Shown: one piece after another, positions 1-10,336 of the stretch
Numbering within the stretch: position 1 is the first letter of the stretch
Layout: each line of letters opens with the position of its first letter
Origin: a virus
Taxonomy: Duplodnaviria > Caudoviricetes
IMG/VR virus record: IMGVR_UViG_3300045921_000263
Span: 1 to 52,182 of that record
Direction: 5' to 3' (one strand)
Length of the DNA stretch: 52,182 bases
Program-made: the position numbers and the translations under genes
Notes under the pieces: model-generated
The model's input: the letters and a program-made list of their open reading frames with translations, nothing else
What the model was told of the DNA's origin: nothing
Databases searched by the model: none

Positions 1-82
1 AAATAGGCTTGTCAGGTGCACTGGTGGCGTTTAGTGTTGCCGCATAGCTAGTGCCTTTGGTAGCCGACCGCTAGCTAAACTC

Positions 83-113
83 GCGGCCCGGTTGAGCACA
101 GCTCCCGGGCCGC
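83..113 (+). terminator. GC-rich hairpin upstream of capsid promoter (possible terminator of upstream gene)
   Basis: GCGGCCCGG...CCGGGCCGC stem with inner GAGC/GCTC, followed by AATCTTT. Confidence 0.45.
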
Positions 114-120
114 AATCTTT

Positions 121-161
121 ACAAAATACCTGTTGCAATCGTTCACGCTTGTGCGTAATGT
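121..161 (+). promoter_or_regulatory. sigma70-like promoter for capsid operon
   Basis: ACAAAATA-N4-TTGCAA(133-138)-N17-TAATGT(156-161); same layout as other promoters in window. Confidence 0.6.
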
Positions 162-246
162 GAGCGCATTGCTGATGACGTGATGTCATCCTTTGAATGC
201 GACATGGGTCGCTCTCCCCTCCAAATCGCCAAGAAAGGTAATTCTC

Positions 247-1305
247 ATGGCAGCAGGTCCCACGACTCGGGTGAGCGACATCATCGTCCCCGAAGTCTTC
301 ACTCCCTATATGCAAGTTCTGACAGAGGAAAAATCGCGACTCGTTCAGTCCGGTCTTCTCTCTCGTTCGCAAGCTCTTGATGCTCTGCTCGCTGGCGGTG
401 GTATCACGTTCCAGGTGCCTTCGTTCCGCGATCTGGACAACGATGCTGATCGTGTCTCGACCGACACTTCGGTGCCGTTCAATCATCCTGATTCTTCGCT
501 CCCGTCTGGTGTGGCTCGTCCGCCGAACCCGCTGAAGATTCAGACGCAGAAAGAGATTGCCGTTCGTCTGAACCGCAACAACTCTTGGTCTTCGACAGAC
601 CTCGCAGCGATCCTTGCCGGTGCTGATCCCATGCAGGCAATCGCCAATCGCGTTGCTGCCTACTGGACTCGGCGTCTGCAAGCCGCGTTTATCGCGACCT
701 GGAAAGGCGTCATCGCTGACAACGAAGCGAACGATTCCGGTGACTACATCAACGACATCTCGGGAACGAGCTTCATCGATGGTGTGACCAACTTCTCTGC
801 TGAAGCCTTCCTCGATGCTGCCCAGACGATGGGTGACTCTCAGGAAGATCTGGTTGCTGTGGCGGTCCATTCGGTCGTCTACAACCGGATGCAGAAGAAC
901 AACCTCATCGATTTCATCCCGGATGCTCGTGGTGAGATCAACATTCCGACCTTCCTGGGTCGTGAAGTGATCGTCGATGATGGTCTGCCTCGGACCGGTT
1001 CGGTCTACGACACGTGGCTCTTCGGTGCTGGTGCAACTCAGCTCGGTGTTGGCACTCCCCCGGTGGCAACTGAAGTTGAGCGGAGGCCCGGTGGTGGCAA
1101 TGGTGGCGGTCAGGATGTGCTCTACTCGCGCGTGATGTGGACGATTCACCCGACTGGTCACGCTTGGGTTGGCACGGCTGGTGATGGTGGTCCGGCGAAC
1201 ACCGGAACGGGTAACTCGGACCTCGACGAAGCTGCGTCGTGGGACCGAGTGTATCCGGAGCGGAAGCAGATCAAGTTCGCTCGCCTCGTTACTCGTGAGG
1301 CCTAA
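247..1305 (+). CDS. major capsid protein
   Basis: Start moved to ATG 247 (AAAGG upstream); T..SD.I.PEVF..Y N-terminus and W.RVY.ERKQI C-terminus typical of YuA-like coat proteins; strongly biased codon usage. Confidence 0.9.
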   Translation: MAAGPTTRVSDIIVPEVFTPYMQVLTEEKSRLVQSGLLSRSQALDALLAGGGITFQVPSFRDLDNDADRVSTDTSVPFNHPDSSLPSGVARPPNPLKIQTQKEIAVRLNRNNSWSSTDLAAILAGADPMQAIANRVAAYWTRRLQAAFIATWKGVIADNEANDSGDYINDISGTSFIDGVTNFSAEAFLDAAQTMGDSQEDLVAVAVHSVVYNRMQKNNLIDFIPDARGEINIPTFLGREVIVDDGLPRTGSVYDTWLFGAGATQLGVGTPPVATEVERRPGGGNGGGQDVLYSRVMWTIHPTGHAWVGTAGDGGPANTGTGNSDLDEAASWDRVYPERKQIKFARLVTREA

Positions 1306-1311
1306 TACTTA

Positions 1312-1333
1312 AGGCGGAGCTTCGGCTCCGCCT
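1312..1333 (+). terminator. hairpin after major capsid gene
   Basis: AGGCGGAGC-TTCG-GCTCCGCCT, perfect 9-bp stem with cUUCGg loop; weak U-tail. Confidence 0.65.
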
Positions 1334-1358
1334 CTATCTCCATTTGGAGGGAAGCTCC

Positions 1359-1733
1359 ATGACTACTCGTATGCGACATCTTCGTCATCGCGAATTGAAC
1401 GGTCTTGCTCGGAAACGTCTTGATCACACGAAGAAGGCTCTCGCCATGGGTCTTCCCGCTGGTCGCAAAGCAGAGTATGTCTTCACTGCTGACAACCTGA
1501 CTGACATGATCACTGTAGCTGGTCAGGACAATCTCGCAGTAGGAAATCCTCGTGTCATCTTGAGAGGTAATCTTCCTACTCAACTCAGGACTGGTAAAAT
1601 CTACTGGCTCGCTGATACAGGAACGAATACCTATTCTCTTCACGAAAAGAAAGCGGATGCTGCTGCCGGAACTGGTGACATCACTTTCACTAGTAATGGG
1701 ACTGGCACTCTTCGTATGACCATCCTTGATTAA
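1359..1733 (+). CDS. hypothetical virion-associated protein
   Basis: GGAGG RBS before ATG 1359; position directly after capsid gene; beta-rich C-terminus. Confidence 0.6.
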   Translation: MTTRMRHLRHRELNGLARKRLDHTKKALAMGLPAGRKAEYVFTADNLTDMITVAGQDNLAVGNPRVILRGNLPTQLRTGKIYWLADTGTNTYSLHEKKADAAAGTGDITFTSNGTGTLRMTILD

Positions 1734-1743
1734 GGAGAAAGAA

Positions 1744-2373
1744 ATGGATATCAAAGAAGCACTCGGTCAGCTCGATACTCTTGAAGATTCGAACTGGACT
1801 GATGACGGAGCTCCGGCTATCGAGGCTGTTTCCTCCCTCTTGGGTAGGAAAGTCACTCGTGCAGAAATCATTGAGGCTGCGCCGAAATTCTCTCGAGAAA
1901 ACACTGATCTTTCTGGTGTTACTCCTGCTCCAAAGACTGAGCAAAATTCGAATGCCTCTCTTCTGAAGATCTTCTCTGAAATGGAGCCCATGCTGCCTGA
2001 AGAGCTGGCACAGAAGATTCTTTCCAAGATTGATCCAAAGCTGTTGCCTGAAATTGAGATCATGCTTGGTCAGCAGTTGCAGGCAATTGAACAGAAAGAA
2101 AAAGAAGTAGAGGAGATGAAGCGTCGTGTCAAACTAGGCCGCGCTCTCACTCAGGCTTGGATCAAAAGGCTGATTCCAGACATCTCTAATCAGCAAGCAA
2201 TCCAAGAATATATTCGATCTTCGAATGCTCGCCGTGCAGAGAAAGCTGCTGAAATCAATCGAGTTCTTGGCGGACTGAAACCGGCTGATATCGCCAAGCT
2301 CGATCCTCGAGCCGCCATTGACAAAGCATTCGCCCGTAAGACTGCTCGTGGTAGTCAGCGTCCGGTGCGGTAA
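1744..2373 (+). CDS. hypothetical protein (head module)
   Basis: AAGGAG RBS, ATG 1744; stop overlaps next start. Confidence 0.65.
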   Translation: MDIKEALGQLDTLEDSNWTDDGAPAIEAVSSLLGRKVTRAEIIEAAPKFSRENTDLSGVTPAPKTEQNSNASLLKIFSEMEPMLPEELAQKILSKIDPKLLPEIEIMLGQQLQAIEQKEKEVEEMKRRVKLGRALTQAWIKRLIPDISNQQAIQEYIRSSNARRAEKAAEINRVLGGLKPADIAKLDPRAAIDKAFARKTARGSQRPVR

Positions 2374-2777
2374 TGGTGACGTTGGACCGCACATACGCTC
2401 TCGCACTTTCGCGTCAAAAGCGTAGGCTTGCTGAAGCATCCAGAAGCCGTTTTTCGGCGCTTATCTCGACCCCTCAGACGCTTGCTGGAGGCCAAGCGCC
2501 AGCGGCTAGTGCTGCCCTAGCCTTGCCTGCCAATGCGCGGCTAGCGGTGTCCTCCGACGTCCCTGTGGCCTCTGGAGAGGTGGTGGTAAACGTGGCAGGT
2601 GGCAGGGTGCTGGGAACGCCTGCTCTGGCTGCAAATCAGATCTACGAAGTAGGTTATGTAGAATCTGGCAAACAAATCACACTCGAAAAAACTGTCGCAG
2701 GTGCTGGCACTATCACGCTCTACTTCCTAGATGATTGGAAGCGACCTTTTTCAATCGCCACTTCAACATTCACATGA
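2373..2777 (+). CDS. hypothetical virion protein
   Basis: TAATG coupling with upstream gene; contains dispersed element C. Confidence 0.6.
   Translation: MVTLDRTYALALSRQKRRLAEASRSRFSALISTPQTLAGGQAPAASAALALPANARLAVSSDVPVASGEVVVNVAGGRVLGTPALAANQIYEVGYVESGKQITLEKTVAGAGTITLYFLDDWKRPFSIATSTFT
2465..2580. repeat. dispersed phased element C
   Basis: GA at 2468/2477/2488, GA/TC-free core, TC at 2550/2560/2571; reverse complement contains GCCACAGGGACGTC as in element A. Confidence 0.6.
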
Positions 2778-2785
2778 GGTGAACT

Positions 2786-3316
2786 ATGCCACTCATTGTT
2801 GAAGATGGAACAGGAATCGCAAACGCAAACTCCTACACGACAGTCGCTTTTGCAGATGCCTATTTTGCAGATCGCATGAATTCCACTTGGGCTGCTGCTA
2901 CCACGGCTGAGAAAGAATCTGCTCTGATCAAAGCTACTGATTACATTGAGCTGCGCTTCAAACATCGCTGGAAAGGCAATCTCGCTCCTGAAGCAACGAC
3001 ACTGTCGTTTCCAAGGCAATACTTCTACGATCGTAAGGGCGAGCTGGTAGATTTTGAAGAAGACGGTATCCCGGTAGATATCCAGAAAGCGACAGCTGAA
3101 TATGCACTTCGAGCTCTATCTGCAGATCTTCTCCCTGATCCTGTTGTTGCCGATTCTGGTCAGGCTGTCAAAAGAACCTATGACAGAGTCGGTCCGCTTG
3201 AAACTGAGGTCGAATATGAAGGTGGTGCTTCTCGGCCTGATCTTATTCGTCCTTATCCTTCTGCAGACAATCTTCTCAAATTCTGGATCACAGGCGTTGG
3301 CGGGGTGATTCGATAA
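2786..3316 (+). CDS. head-tail adaptor (DnaT-like family)
   Basis: MPLIVEDGTG..NANSY..V..AD.YF..R...W N-terminus, ALI.ATDYI, L.FPR motifs. Confidence 0.8.
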   Translation: MPLIVEDGTGIANANSYTTVAFADAYFADRMNSTWAAATTAEKESALIKATDYIELRFKHRWKGNLAPEATTLSFPRQYFYDRKGELVDFEEDGIPVDIQKATAEYALRALSADLLPDPVVADSGQAVKRTYDRVGPLETEVEYEGGASRPDLIRPYPSADNLLKFWITGVGGVIR

Positions 3317-3711
3317 TGGGGATCGATTATGCAAAGCTCGCAAAGAAGGCCGAAGCTCTAATAACGAAAGCTGGCCGGATTGTGACGCTTGTTCGACCCA
3401 ATGAAAATCCAGCTGACCCCAATCAGCCTTGGAATGGTCCTGCTAATGGTGAAATCACGCTCGATATTCCAGGCATTCAACTTCTGCCGAATGCTGTCCG
3501 CATCTTTGGGCTTTCCGCTTTGGGTGATGCGAAAGAGTTCAAAGAATTGATAACTTTCAACGAATTGATCTATGTCGTTTTTCAAGGCGAAGTAGATTTG
3601 GCAACCTATACTCTAGTTCGTGATGGTGGTGTAGATTATCAGATTGAGGCAACACAAGCTCTGAAGCCAGCCGATACAACCTTGCTCGGTTTCATCGGAG
3701 TTCGTCGATGA
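3316..3711 (+). CDS. head closure / head-tail joining protein
   Basis: DY..LA..A..LI...GR.VTL motif; synteny. Confidence 0.7.
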   Translation: MGIDYAKLAKKAEALITKAGRIVTLVRPNENPADPNQPWNGPANGEITLDIPGIQLLPNAVRIFGLSALGDAKEFKELITFNELIYVVFQGEVDLATYTLVRDGGVDYQIEATQALKPADTTLLGFIGVRR

Positions 3712-4124
3712 GCCTCACCTATAAAGAAGCGAATGACGAAATTCTTGCGTTGCTCAAGACAGCGTGGGACACCACTGGTCACAAGATTTTCTGGGAAGGT
3801 GTCCGCGACCAACGTGAAACTGACATGTCTCCGTGGGCAGCAGTCGTAGTTCGCCATGTAGCAGGTCAGCAAGACACTCTCGGCGGAGTTGGTTCCAGAC
3901 AATTTCTGCGTCTTGGGACAATTATCGTCACTATCAACACTCCATCAAGTTCTGGCTTGTCAGAAGCCTACAACTTGGCTAAGGTCGTAAGCGACGCCTA
4001 TGAGGGTGTTTCTTCACCTAATGGAGTTTGGTTCCGAAATGTTCGTATCAATGAGCTAGGTCGGGAAGGAACTTTCTTCCAGATCAACGTCATCATTGAT
4101 TTCGAATACTACGAAACTAAGTAA
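3708..4124 (+). CDS. tail terminator protein
   Basis: PW..V.VRH..G.Q.TLG, R.G.I.V.I.TP, Q.NV..DF.Y motifs; precedes tail tube. Confidence 0.75.
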   Translation: MSLTYKEANDEILALLKTAWDTTGHKIFWEGVRDQRETDMSPWAAVVVRHVAGQQDTLGGVGSRQFLRLGTIIVTINTPSSSGLSEAYNLAKVVSDAYEGVSSPNGVWFRNVRINELGREGTFFQINVIIDFEYYETK

Positions 4125-4136
4125 GGGAGGCCAGGA

Positions 4137-5696
4137 ATGGCACAAGTTCCGAAGATTGACTCTAATATCACTGGACTTGCTTATGCCGAGGAAGCCTCTC
4201 TAGGTTTCTTGCCCGGCGAAGGAGGTTTCAGCGGCACTCCGGTATGGAGGCGTCTCAACCCGAATAGCTATAACGACTTCGGTGGCGAAGTTGTCACCGT
4301 GGCTCCAAATCCAATCAATCCGTCTCGTCAACGTCGCAAAGGTGTTACCACTGACCTCAATGCGTCTGGTGGTTTCAATCACAACCTGACATATGAAAAC
4401 CTCAAAGATCTTATGCAGGGTGTGTTCTTTGCGGACATCCGTGCTAAGCCTCAGAGGGCTGTCACAGCAATCGACCTCGACGGTAACAACCCTGATGAAT
4501 ATGAGGTCGCTTCCACGGCCGGATTCCTTGTCAACTCTCTGATCATTGGCAAGAATTTTGTCAACGCTGCGAACAATTCTCTCAATGTTGTCGTAGCAGT
4601 TGTCAACAACGTCTCTGTAGAAGTTGCTAACGGTCAGCTTGTCGCTGAAACTCCGCCCGCTGGTGCTGTCATCAAAGTCGTCGGTTATCAGTTCGGTGAT
4701 GCTGATGCAGTGATCAACGTCTCCGGAGATCTTCCTCGGCTCCAGTCTAATGGTGGCCTCACTGACTTCACAACTCTCGGCCTTGTCCCCGGTCAGTGGG
4801 TATACATCGGTGGTGATATCTCTGCACATACCTTCACCGCTGCTGCTAACAACGGCTTCAAGCGTATCAGGTCTGTGAATGCTTCGGGAATCACTTTCGA
4901 CAAATCTGATCAGCCGATGGTCGCTGATGCTGGTGTTTCCGGCAAGACCATTCGGTTGTTCTTCGGCGATGTGCTTCGGAATGAAACTGGCTCGCTGATC
5001 AAGCGCCGAACCTACAATATTGAACGAACGCTGGGCGCTCCGGATGATTCTCAACCATCGCAAATCCAATCGGAAGTGCTGATTGGTGCTGTCCCCAACG
5101 AAATCTCTATCAACATTCCGCAGGCTGAACTGGCATCTGTGGACTTCACGTTCGTAGCTATCGACAACGAACAGCGTTCTGCTGCAATCGGACCGAAGCA
5201 AACGAACGTGATCGAGCCTCGCTCTGCTTCTGAATACAACACTTCGAGCGACATCGGTCGTATTCGGTTGGCGGCTGTCTCAAATGTTGATGAGGCACCT
5301 TCGGCTCTGTTCGCTTACGTTACTGAAGCGACGATCACCATCAATAACAACGTCACGCCAAACAAGGCTGTCGGTGTTCTTGGTGCATTTGATGTGACCG
5401 CAGGCACTTTCCAAGTCTCAGGAGAACTGACAGCATATTTCTCCAATGTGGCTGCGACGCAAGCTGTTCGAAACAACGCTGACGTGACTCTGGATATCTC
5501 TTTCGTCAAAGACAACACGGCAATGGTCATTGACCTGCCGCTGATTTCTTTGGGCGATGGACGACTCAATGTAGAAGTGGACCAGCCGATCACACTGCCT
5601 CTTTCTACTGAGGCAGCATCTGGTCAAGATGTGAGCAATAATCTTGATCACACGGCTCTGATCACCTACTTTGATTACGTTCCGAACGCGGCGTAA
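4137..5696 (+). CDS. major tail tube protein
   Basis: KIDSN.TGL.YAEE, L.PNSY.DFGGE, PINPSRQR.KG motifs of YuA-like tail tube proteins. Confidence 0.85.
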   Translation: MAQVPKIDSNITGLAYAEEASLGFLPGEGGFSGTPVWRRLNPNSYNDFGGEVVTVAPNPINPSRQRRKGVTTDLNASGGFNHNLTYENLKDLMQGVFFADIRAKPQRAVTAIDLDGNNPDEYEVASTAGFLVNSLIIGKNFVNAANNSLNVVVAVVNNVSVEVANGQLVAETPPAGAVIKVVGYQFGDADAVINVSGDLPRLQSNGGLTDFTTLGLVPGQWVYIGGDISAHTFTAAANNGFKRIRSVNASGITFDKSDQPMVADAGVSGKTIRLFFGDVLRNETGSLIKRRTYNIERTLGAPDDSQPSQIQSEVLIGAVPNEISINIPQAELASVDFTFVAIDNEQRSAAIGPKQTNVIEPRSASEYNTSSDIGRIRLAAVSNVDEAPSALFAYVTEATITINNNVTPNKAVGVLGAFDVTAGTFQVSGELTAYFSNVAATQAVRNNADVTLDISFVKDNTAMVIDLPLISLGDGRLNVEVDQPITLPLSTEAASGQDVSNNLDHTALITYFDYVPNAA

Positions 5697-5719
5697 ATCC
5701 CAATAATGGAGAATTGAAG

Positions 5720-6151
5720 ATGGGAATGTATGACGTTTTCGAGACTGATGAGGATCTCGAAACAACAGGCATCTGGCTGGATTATGGCGATTTCCGCGTT
5801 CGTATCGCCTCTGCTGGTCAGGGTAACAAGAAATATGTGAAATATGCTGAGAAAGCTCTCAAGCCTGTTCGCAAAGCGATGCAGGCTGGAGCTCTCTCGA
5901 ATGAACGATCTCTCGCGATCATGTCTGACATTTATGCCAAGACTATTGTCCTTGACTGGGAAGTCTTGGTTGATGGCAAGATGGTGAAGGGCATCGAACA
6001 GCGAGACGGTTCCATTGCTCCGTTCAACTACGAGAACGTTCGTCAGGTCTTCCTTGATCTTCCTAATCTGTTCCTTGATATTCAAGAACAGGCCAACTCA
6101 ATCGCCAACTTTCGTAGGGCGGAACTGGAGGAAGATACAAAAAACTCGTGA
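5720..6151 (+). CDS. tail assembly chaperone (gpG-like)
   Basis: Y..FETD..LE..G.W.DY motif; between tail tube and tape measure. Confidence 0.8.
   Translation: MGMYDVFETDEDLETTGIWLDYGDFRVRIASAGQGNKKYVKYAEKALKPVRKAMQAGALSNERSLAIMSDIYAKTIVLDWEVLVDGKMVKGIEQRDGSIAPFNYENVRQVFLDLPNLFLDIQEQANSIANFRRAELEEDTKNS
6139..6145 (+). other. programmed -1 ribosomal frameshift site (A AAA AAC)
   Basis: X XXY YYZ heptamer at end of chaperone ORF; -1 frame is open into 6148-6474. Confidence 0.75.
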
Positions 6152-6474
6152 GTGTCCTTGAATACCAGATGGAGCAAGGACACATCGAGGAACAAATCAT
6201 CAAACAGGCTGAAAGAAGCGGCCTACCAATCCCAGATCGCATTGAAAATGCCCCTAGCATTATGCCGGGGCTAGAGCTATACTACATCGGGTTCTTAGAG
6301 CTGAACTCTTCCCGTTCTTTGGGCGGATTCGGCATAGGCCCGATTCCTTGGCTTGCGATAGAGCAATATTCGCAGGCTTTAGAACTAGATGAAGATCAGA
6401 AAATGGCGATGCACTTCCACATCGTCGAAATGGACAAGGCCTACCTTCGCCATCAACAGAAGAAAAACAAGTAA
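6148..6474 (+). CDS. tail assembly chaperone, frameshift extension (gpT-like)
   Basis: F.EL...R..GFG.GPIPW.AI..Y motif; -1 frame relative to upstream ORF. Confidence 0.75.
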   Translation: MSVLEYQMEQGHIEEQIIKQAERSGLPIPDRIENAPSIMPGLELYYIGFLELNSSRSLGGFGIGPIPWLAIEQYSQALELDEDQKMAMHFHIVEMDKAYLRHQQKKNK

Positions 6475-6950
6475 TGCCGACACTTCAGTTCTCGAAAAAT
6501 ATCCGCCGACGCGGTAGACAAGTAGAGAACGCAGCGACCGCTCTTGTTCGTTCGATGGCGAAGAGAACTTTGCGCTCACTGGTCCTAAATACGAAAGTTG
6601 ATACCGGCAAAGCTCGATCTAACTGGCGCGTCGGTGTCGGAGCACCCACAAGGGCTGTAATCAGTCCTTACAATCCATATCCGAAAAAATCAAAAGCCAA
6701 TGGTCAGGGTATTGCAGAAACTGCTAATGCCACGGCTGCGATCGCTGCTGGTAACGCTCGCATCAATTCTCTGAGAGGTATCAGCGGAGTTGGTTTGAAG
6801 ACTGCCCTCTTCATCAGCAATAATGTAGATTACATCGACAAAGCTCTGCTGCCCGGTGCTCTAGAGGCTTCTATTGTTGAAGCTAGAGCAGCACTCAGGG
6901 GTTTTCGAGTATTCGATTCACGTAATGATGATGAGGGAGGTGACGTCTAG
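6474..6950 (+). CDS. tail completion / neck protein (HK97 gp10-like)
   Basis: T.VDTG.ARSNW motif, ISNNV.YI. Confidence 0.7.
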   Translation: MPTLQFSKNIRRRGRQVENAATALVRSMAKRTLRSLVLNTKVDTGKARSNWRVGVGAPTRAVISPYNPYPKKSKANGQGIAETANATAAIAAGNARINSLRGISGVGLKTALFISNNVDYIDKALLPGALEASIVEARAALRGFRVFDSRNDDEGGDV

Positions 6951-9900
6951 TGGTCACTGAAACTGTCAACATTCGGTTCGTAGAATCGGGCGCTAGAGTT
7001 GTCAAGCGCCGGATTGATGAAATCGGTCAAGCTGCGAACAGTGCAACTCGCGGTATTTTTCTGCTCAAGAGAGCATTGTTTGTCATCGGTGGTGCAGGTA
7101 TTGCTCGCGGTCTGCAACAGTATGCTGATTCACTCACCAATATGGAGAACAGACTTAGGCTGACAACTGACAGCACGGCTCAGCTAGAAGCAGTTCAGTC
7201 TGAACTTTTCGAAGTAGCACGTCGTTCTCGTTCAGATCTTGCTGGCACAGCCGATATCTACAATAGGATTGCTCTTTCTGCGAAGAATTTCGGAGTAGGA
7301 CAGAAACAAATTCTCGCTGTAACTGAAACTCTGCAAAAAGCAGCTATCCTTTCTGGTGCGTCCGCTCGTGAAGCCAACGCTGCCCTCATTCAGCTTGGGC
7401 AAGGTATCGCTTCTGACCGTCTGTCTGGTGATGAACTTCGTTCTGTTCTGGAACAACTTCCGGCTGTCGCTGACATCTTGGTTGACTATCTAAACAAGAC
7501 TGGTCAATTCGGTAATGTCACTCGCGGCACGTTGCGTGAGCTTGGTCGTCAAGGCAAGCTCACTGCTGATATAATATTCAGTGCAATTGAAGCTGCGCAA
7601 GGTCGTATTTCTCAACTCTTTGAAGAAACTAACCCTACGATTGAGCAAGCCTTCAAAGTCGCTGAAACTAATCTACTTCAATTCATCGATAAGTTTGACG
7701 ATGCGACTGGTGCTTCTGCTGCTGTAGCCAAAGCGATCATCAGTATTTCTGAGAACTTGGACATTTTGCTCGCTGGTGTCCTTGCCGTTGCTGCTGCTCT
7801 CACTGGGCTATTCACAGCTAAAGTTCTCGCGGCAATTAGCGCCTATGTGACGAAACTTCAAATCGCTGGCGGTGCTTTCGCACGACTACGTTCAATTCAA
7901 GCGGCTTCTGCTGCCGCCCAAGCGGCTCATACTGCTGCTATCGCGAATGACACTCGTATTCGTGTGCAAAACTACATGGCGATCGTTGCTCGTTCTAACG
8001 CGCAACTTAGATCAGCTCAAGCAGAATATGCTGAAGCTACCGCTGCTTTCACAAACGGTCGTGCTCGAGATGCTCAAACTGGTAGGTTCATTGCGAACCA
8101 AGTTGCTCGTGACCGACTGACTGCTGCCAGTATCAGGCTCGCAAATGCAGAGCGTATTAATCTAGCACTGACTAATCAACTCACTGCGGCTCGTGTTGCT
8201 AACACTGCTGCTGAAAATGCTGCTGCGGCTGCCGCAACTCGCGCAGCGATTGCTCAAGAAGCTAAGAATACGATGCTAGTCCGTCTTAGCGCCACTTTCC
8301 CATTGCTCACTGGTGCTGCTCGGATGGCTGGTGGAGCAATCGCAGGAGTGTTCTCGCTTATTGCCGCACATCCGATTGGTGCTCTGATTACTGCCCTCGT
8401 TGCAGCAGGCATTGCAGTCTTCACCCTGGGTGATCGATTCAAGGTAACTGCTGACGGCGTAGTGTCGCTGAAAGACGCAGCTATTGCTGCATTCCAGATT
8501 ATCTTTGAATGGGTAGGCAGTGTCGTTTCTGCGCTGGGAGAGCGACTAGCTCCAATCATCAATACAGTTAGTCAGGCTTTTGTCACTCTTGGTGAAATCG
8601 CTAGTAGTATTCTAGGCGGTATCTTTCAAATCTTTGTGTCTGTGTTCAACGCTATCGCAGGAACAGTTGTCGGCTTCATTAACGGAACTATTCGTTCTTG
8701 GCAACTGCTTCCAGCAGCTTTGATAGATATTATGAATATCGCACGAAATGGCTTGCTGACAATTATTGAGAATATTGTCAATGGCTTCATTGAAGGCATC
8801 AAGGAAATTCCGAATTTCTTCTCTCGAGCGATGGAGAATATCGCTCAATTTGCTAGGGATGCAGTCACTTTCATTGTTGATGCTTTCACAGCTTTGCCTG
8901 GAGCTATCAGTGATATCGCTGAAGCGGCTGTTCGTTTCCTAGTGGCGAAGTTCCAGAATGGAATTAACTCTATCAAACGACTTTTGAATACCCTCCCCGG
9001 TATTTCGCTCTCTGTTGGCGAAGACATCCAAGCCGCTTTTGACGGTTTGAAAATCGAACTTCCAGATCCTCCAAGTTTTAATGATTTCTTCAGAGAAGGA
9101 AGACTTAGTCTTGATCGTTTTCGTGGTGAAGTTACTGGTAGTGCTGCTGAAGTCGGTAACATCTACGCTGAAGAGTTTGCAAACGCCTACAGTCGCAATT
9201 TGGCCGGTGAAGCTGGTCAGGCAATCTCCAATGCAGTAGAATCGCTTGGCAATTCTGTCATTAATCGTGCTCGTGAAAATCTTGCGAAACAAACTAGTGC
9301 TATAACTGATAGCCCGATCGATACAGGTAAGCCTGGAACTGGTGGCGATGGCGGTGGCGGTGGCGGTGGTCGTCGTCGTGGTGGCGGTGGTGGTAGCTCA
9401 GCGAGTTTTGATTCCGAATTGACACAGCTCCGACAGAGGATCGATCTGGAACGCCAGTATGGCATCCAGAAAGAAATAACGAACAACATCTTGAGCATTG
9501 AAAAATCTATCAAACGCGAGCTAACCCAAACGGAGGCAGAGCAAGTCGCAAATGTGACTAAACTTTTGGAAATTAGCAAAATTCAAGGTCAAGTTCTGCA
9601 AGAAATTCTTGGTCCTCAAGAAACTCTACAGTTCACTCAGCAGGCATTGAACGAGCTGTTCGCTCAGGGAGCTATCACTCTCGAACAATATAATACGAAA
9701 CTGCGTGAAACACAGATCGCTGCTGATCGTGCCGCTAACACCTTGGGCGGAGGTTTCCGTGCAGCGATCGCATCCAGTATCCAGTCTGCTGGTCAGTTTG
9801 GCGAGGCGCTTGGTGGCGTCGTGGTGGATGCTGCAAACAGAGCTGCTGACGCGATTGTTGAATTCGCAAAGACTGGTAAATTCAATATTCGCCAGTTTTT

Positions 9901-10333
9901 CCAAGATCTGTTTGCTCAACTTCTGAAGCTGGCGGCGCAACGCCTCCTGCTCCAATTCATCGGTGGGCTTTTCGGTATTCCAGGTGGAGGGCTTGCCAAG
10001 TTCAATCAGGGTGGATCGATCTTGCCATCTTTCGCTGGCGGTGGTAGCATCGTTCCGACTGGTCCGGGTTCTACCGACTCTCAAATCGTAGCATTCAACA
10101 AACGTCCTGATGAGCGTGTAGATATCCTCACTCCTGGACAGCAAGCAGCACAGAGGAATGCGATGAACAGTGCTGGTGGTGGAAAGACGATAGTCAACAC
10201 CACAACCAATATCGCCGCCGTTCTTTCACCCAGAGACATCGTTGGTGCATTTGACAACTCTGATGGAGAAACAGTAGTAGTCAATATGATCCAACGCAAT
10301 GCATCAACTATTCGGCAAATTGTGCAAGGATAG
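6950..10333 (+). CDS. tape measure protein
   Basis: 1127 aa, Ala-rich; tape-measure N-terminal domain (A.IQLGQ..ASD.L.GDELRSVLEQ); C-terminal FA.GG...G.G.TDS motif. Confidence 0.93.
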   Translation: MVTETVNIRFVESGARVVKRRIDEIGQAANSATRGIFLLKRALFVIGGAGIARGLQQYADSLTNMENRLRLTTDSTAQLEAVQSELFEVARRSRSDLAGTADIYNRIALSAKNFGVGQKQILAVTETLQKAAILSGASAREANAALIQLGQGIASDRLSGDELRSVLEQLPAVADILVDYLNKTGQFGNVTRGTLRELGRQGKLTADIIFSAIEAAQGRISQLFEETNPTIEQAFKVAETNLLQFIDKFDDATGASAAVAKAIISISENLDILLAGVLAVAAALTGLFTAKVLAAISAYVTKLQIAGGAFARLRSIQAASAAAQAAHTAAIANDTRIRVQNYMAIVARSNAQLRSAQAEYAEATAAFTNGRARDAQTGRFIANQVARDRLTAASIRLANAERINLALTNQLTAARVANTAAENAAAAAATRAAIAQEAKNTMLVRLSATFPLLTGAARMAGGAIAGVFSLIAAHPIGALITALVAAGIAVFTLGDRFKVTADGVVSLKDAAIAAFQIIFEWVGSVVSALGERLAPIINTVSQAFVTLGEIASSILGGIFQIFVSVFNAIAGTVVGFINGTIRSWQLLPAALIDIMNIARNGLLTIIENIVNGFIEGIKEIPNFFSRAMENIAQFARDAVTFIVDAFTALPGAISDIAEAAVRFLVAKFQNGINSIKRLLNTLPGISLSVGEDIQAAFDGLKIELPDPPSFNDFFREGRLSLDRFRGEVTGSAAEVGNIYAEEFANAYSRNLAGEAGQAISNAVESLGNSVINRARENLAKQTSAITDSPIDTGKPGTGGDGGGGGGGRRRGGGGGSSASFDSELTQLRQRIDLERQYGIQKEITNNILSIEKSIKRELTQTEAEQVANVTKLLEISKIQGQVLQEILGPQETLQFTQQALNELFAQGAITLEQYNTKLRETQIAADRAANTLGGGFRAAIASSIQSAGQFGEALGGVVVDAANRAADAIVEFAKTGKFNIRQFFQDLFAQLLKLAAQRLLLQFIGGLFGIPGGGLAKFNQGGSILPSFAGGGSIVPTGPGSTDSQIVAFNKRPDERVDILTPGQQAAQRNAMNSAGGGKTIVNTTTNIAAVLSPRDIVGAFDNSDGETVVVNMIQRNASTIRQIVQG

Positions 10334-10336
10334 AAT

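Noticed and set aside
31-1161. Long antisense ORFs (also 4200-5201, 42156-43226)
   Set aside because: Opposite well-supported genes with biased codons; no recognisable motifs
9340-9395. GGT/GGC repeat in the tape measure gene
   Set aside because: Encodes an ordinary Gly-rich linker
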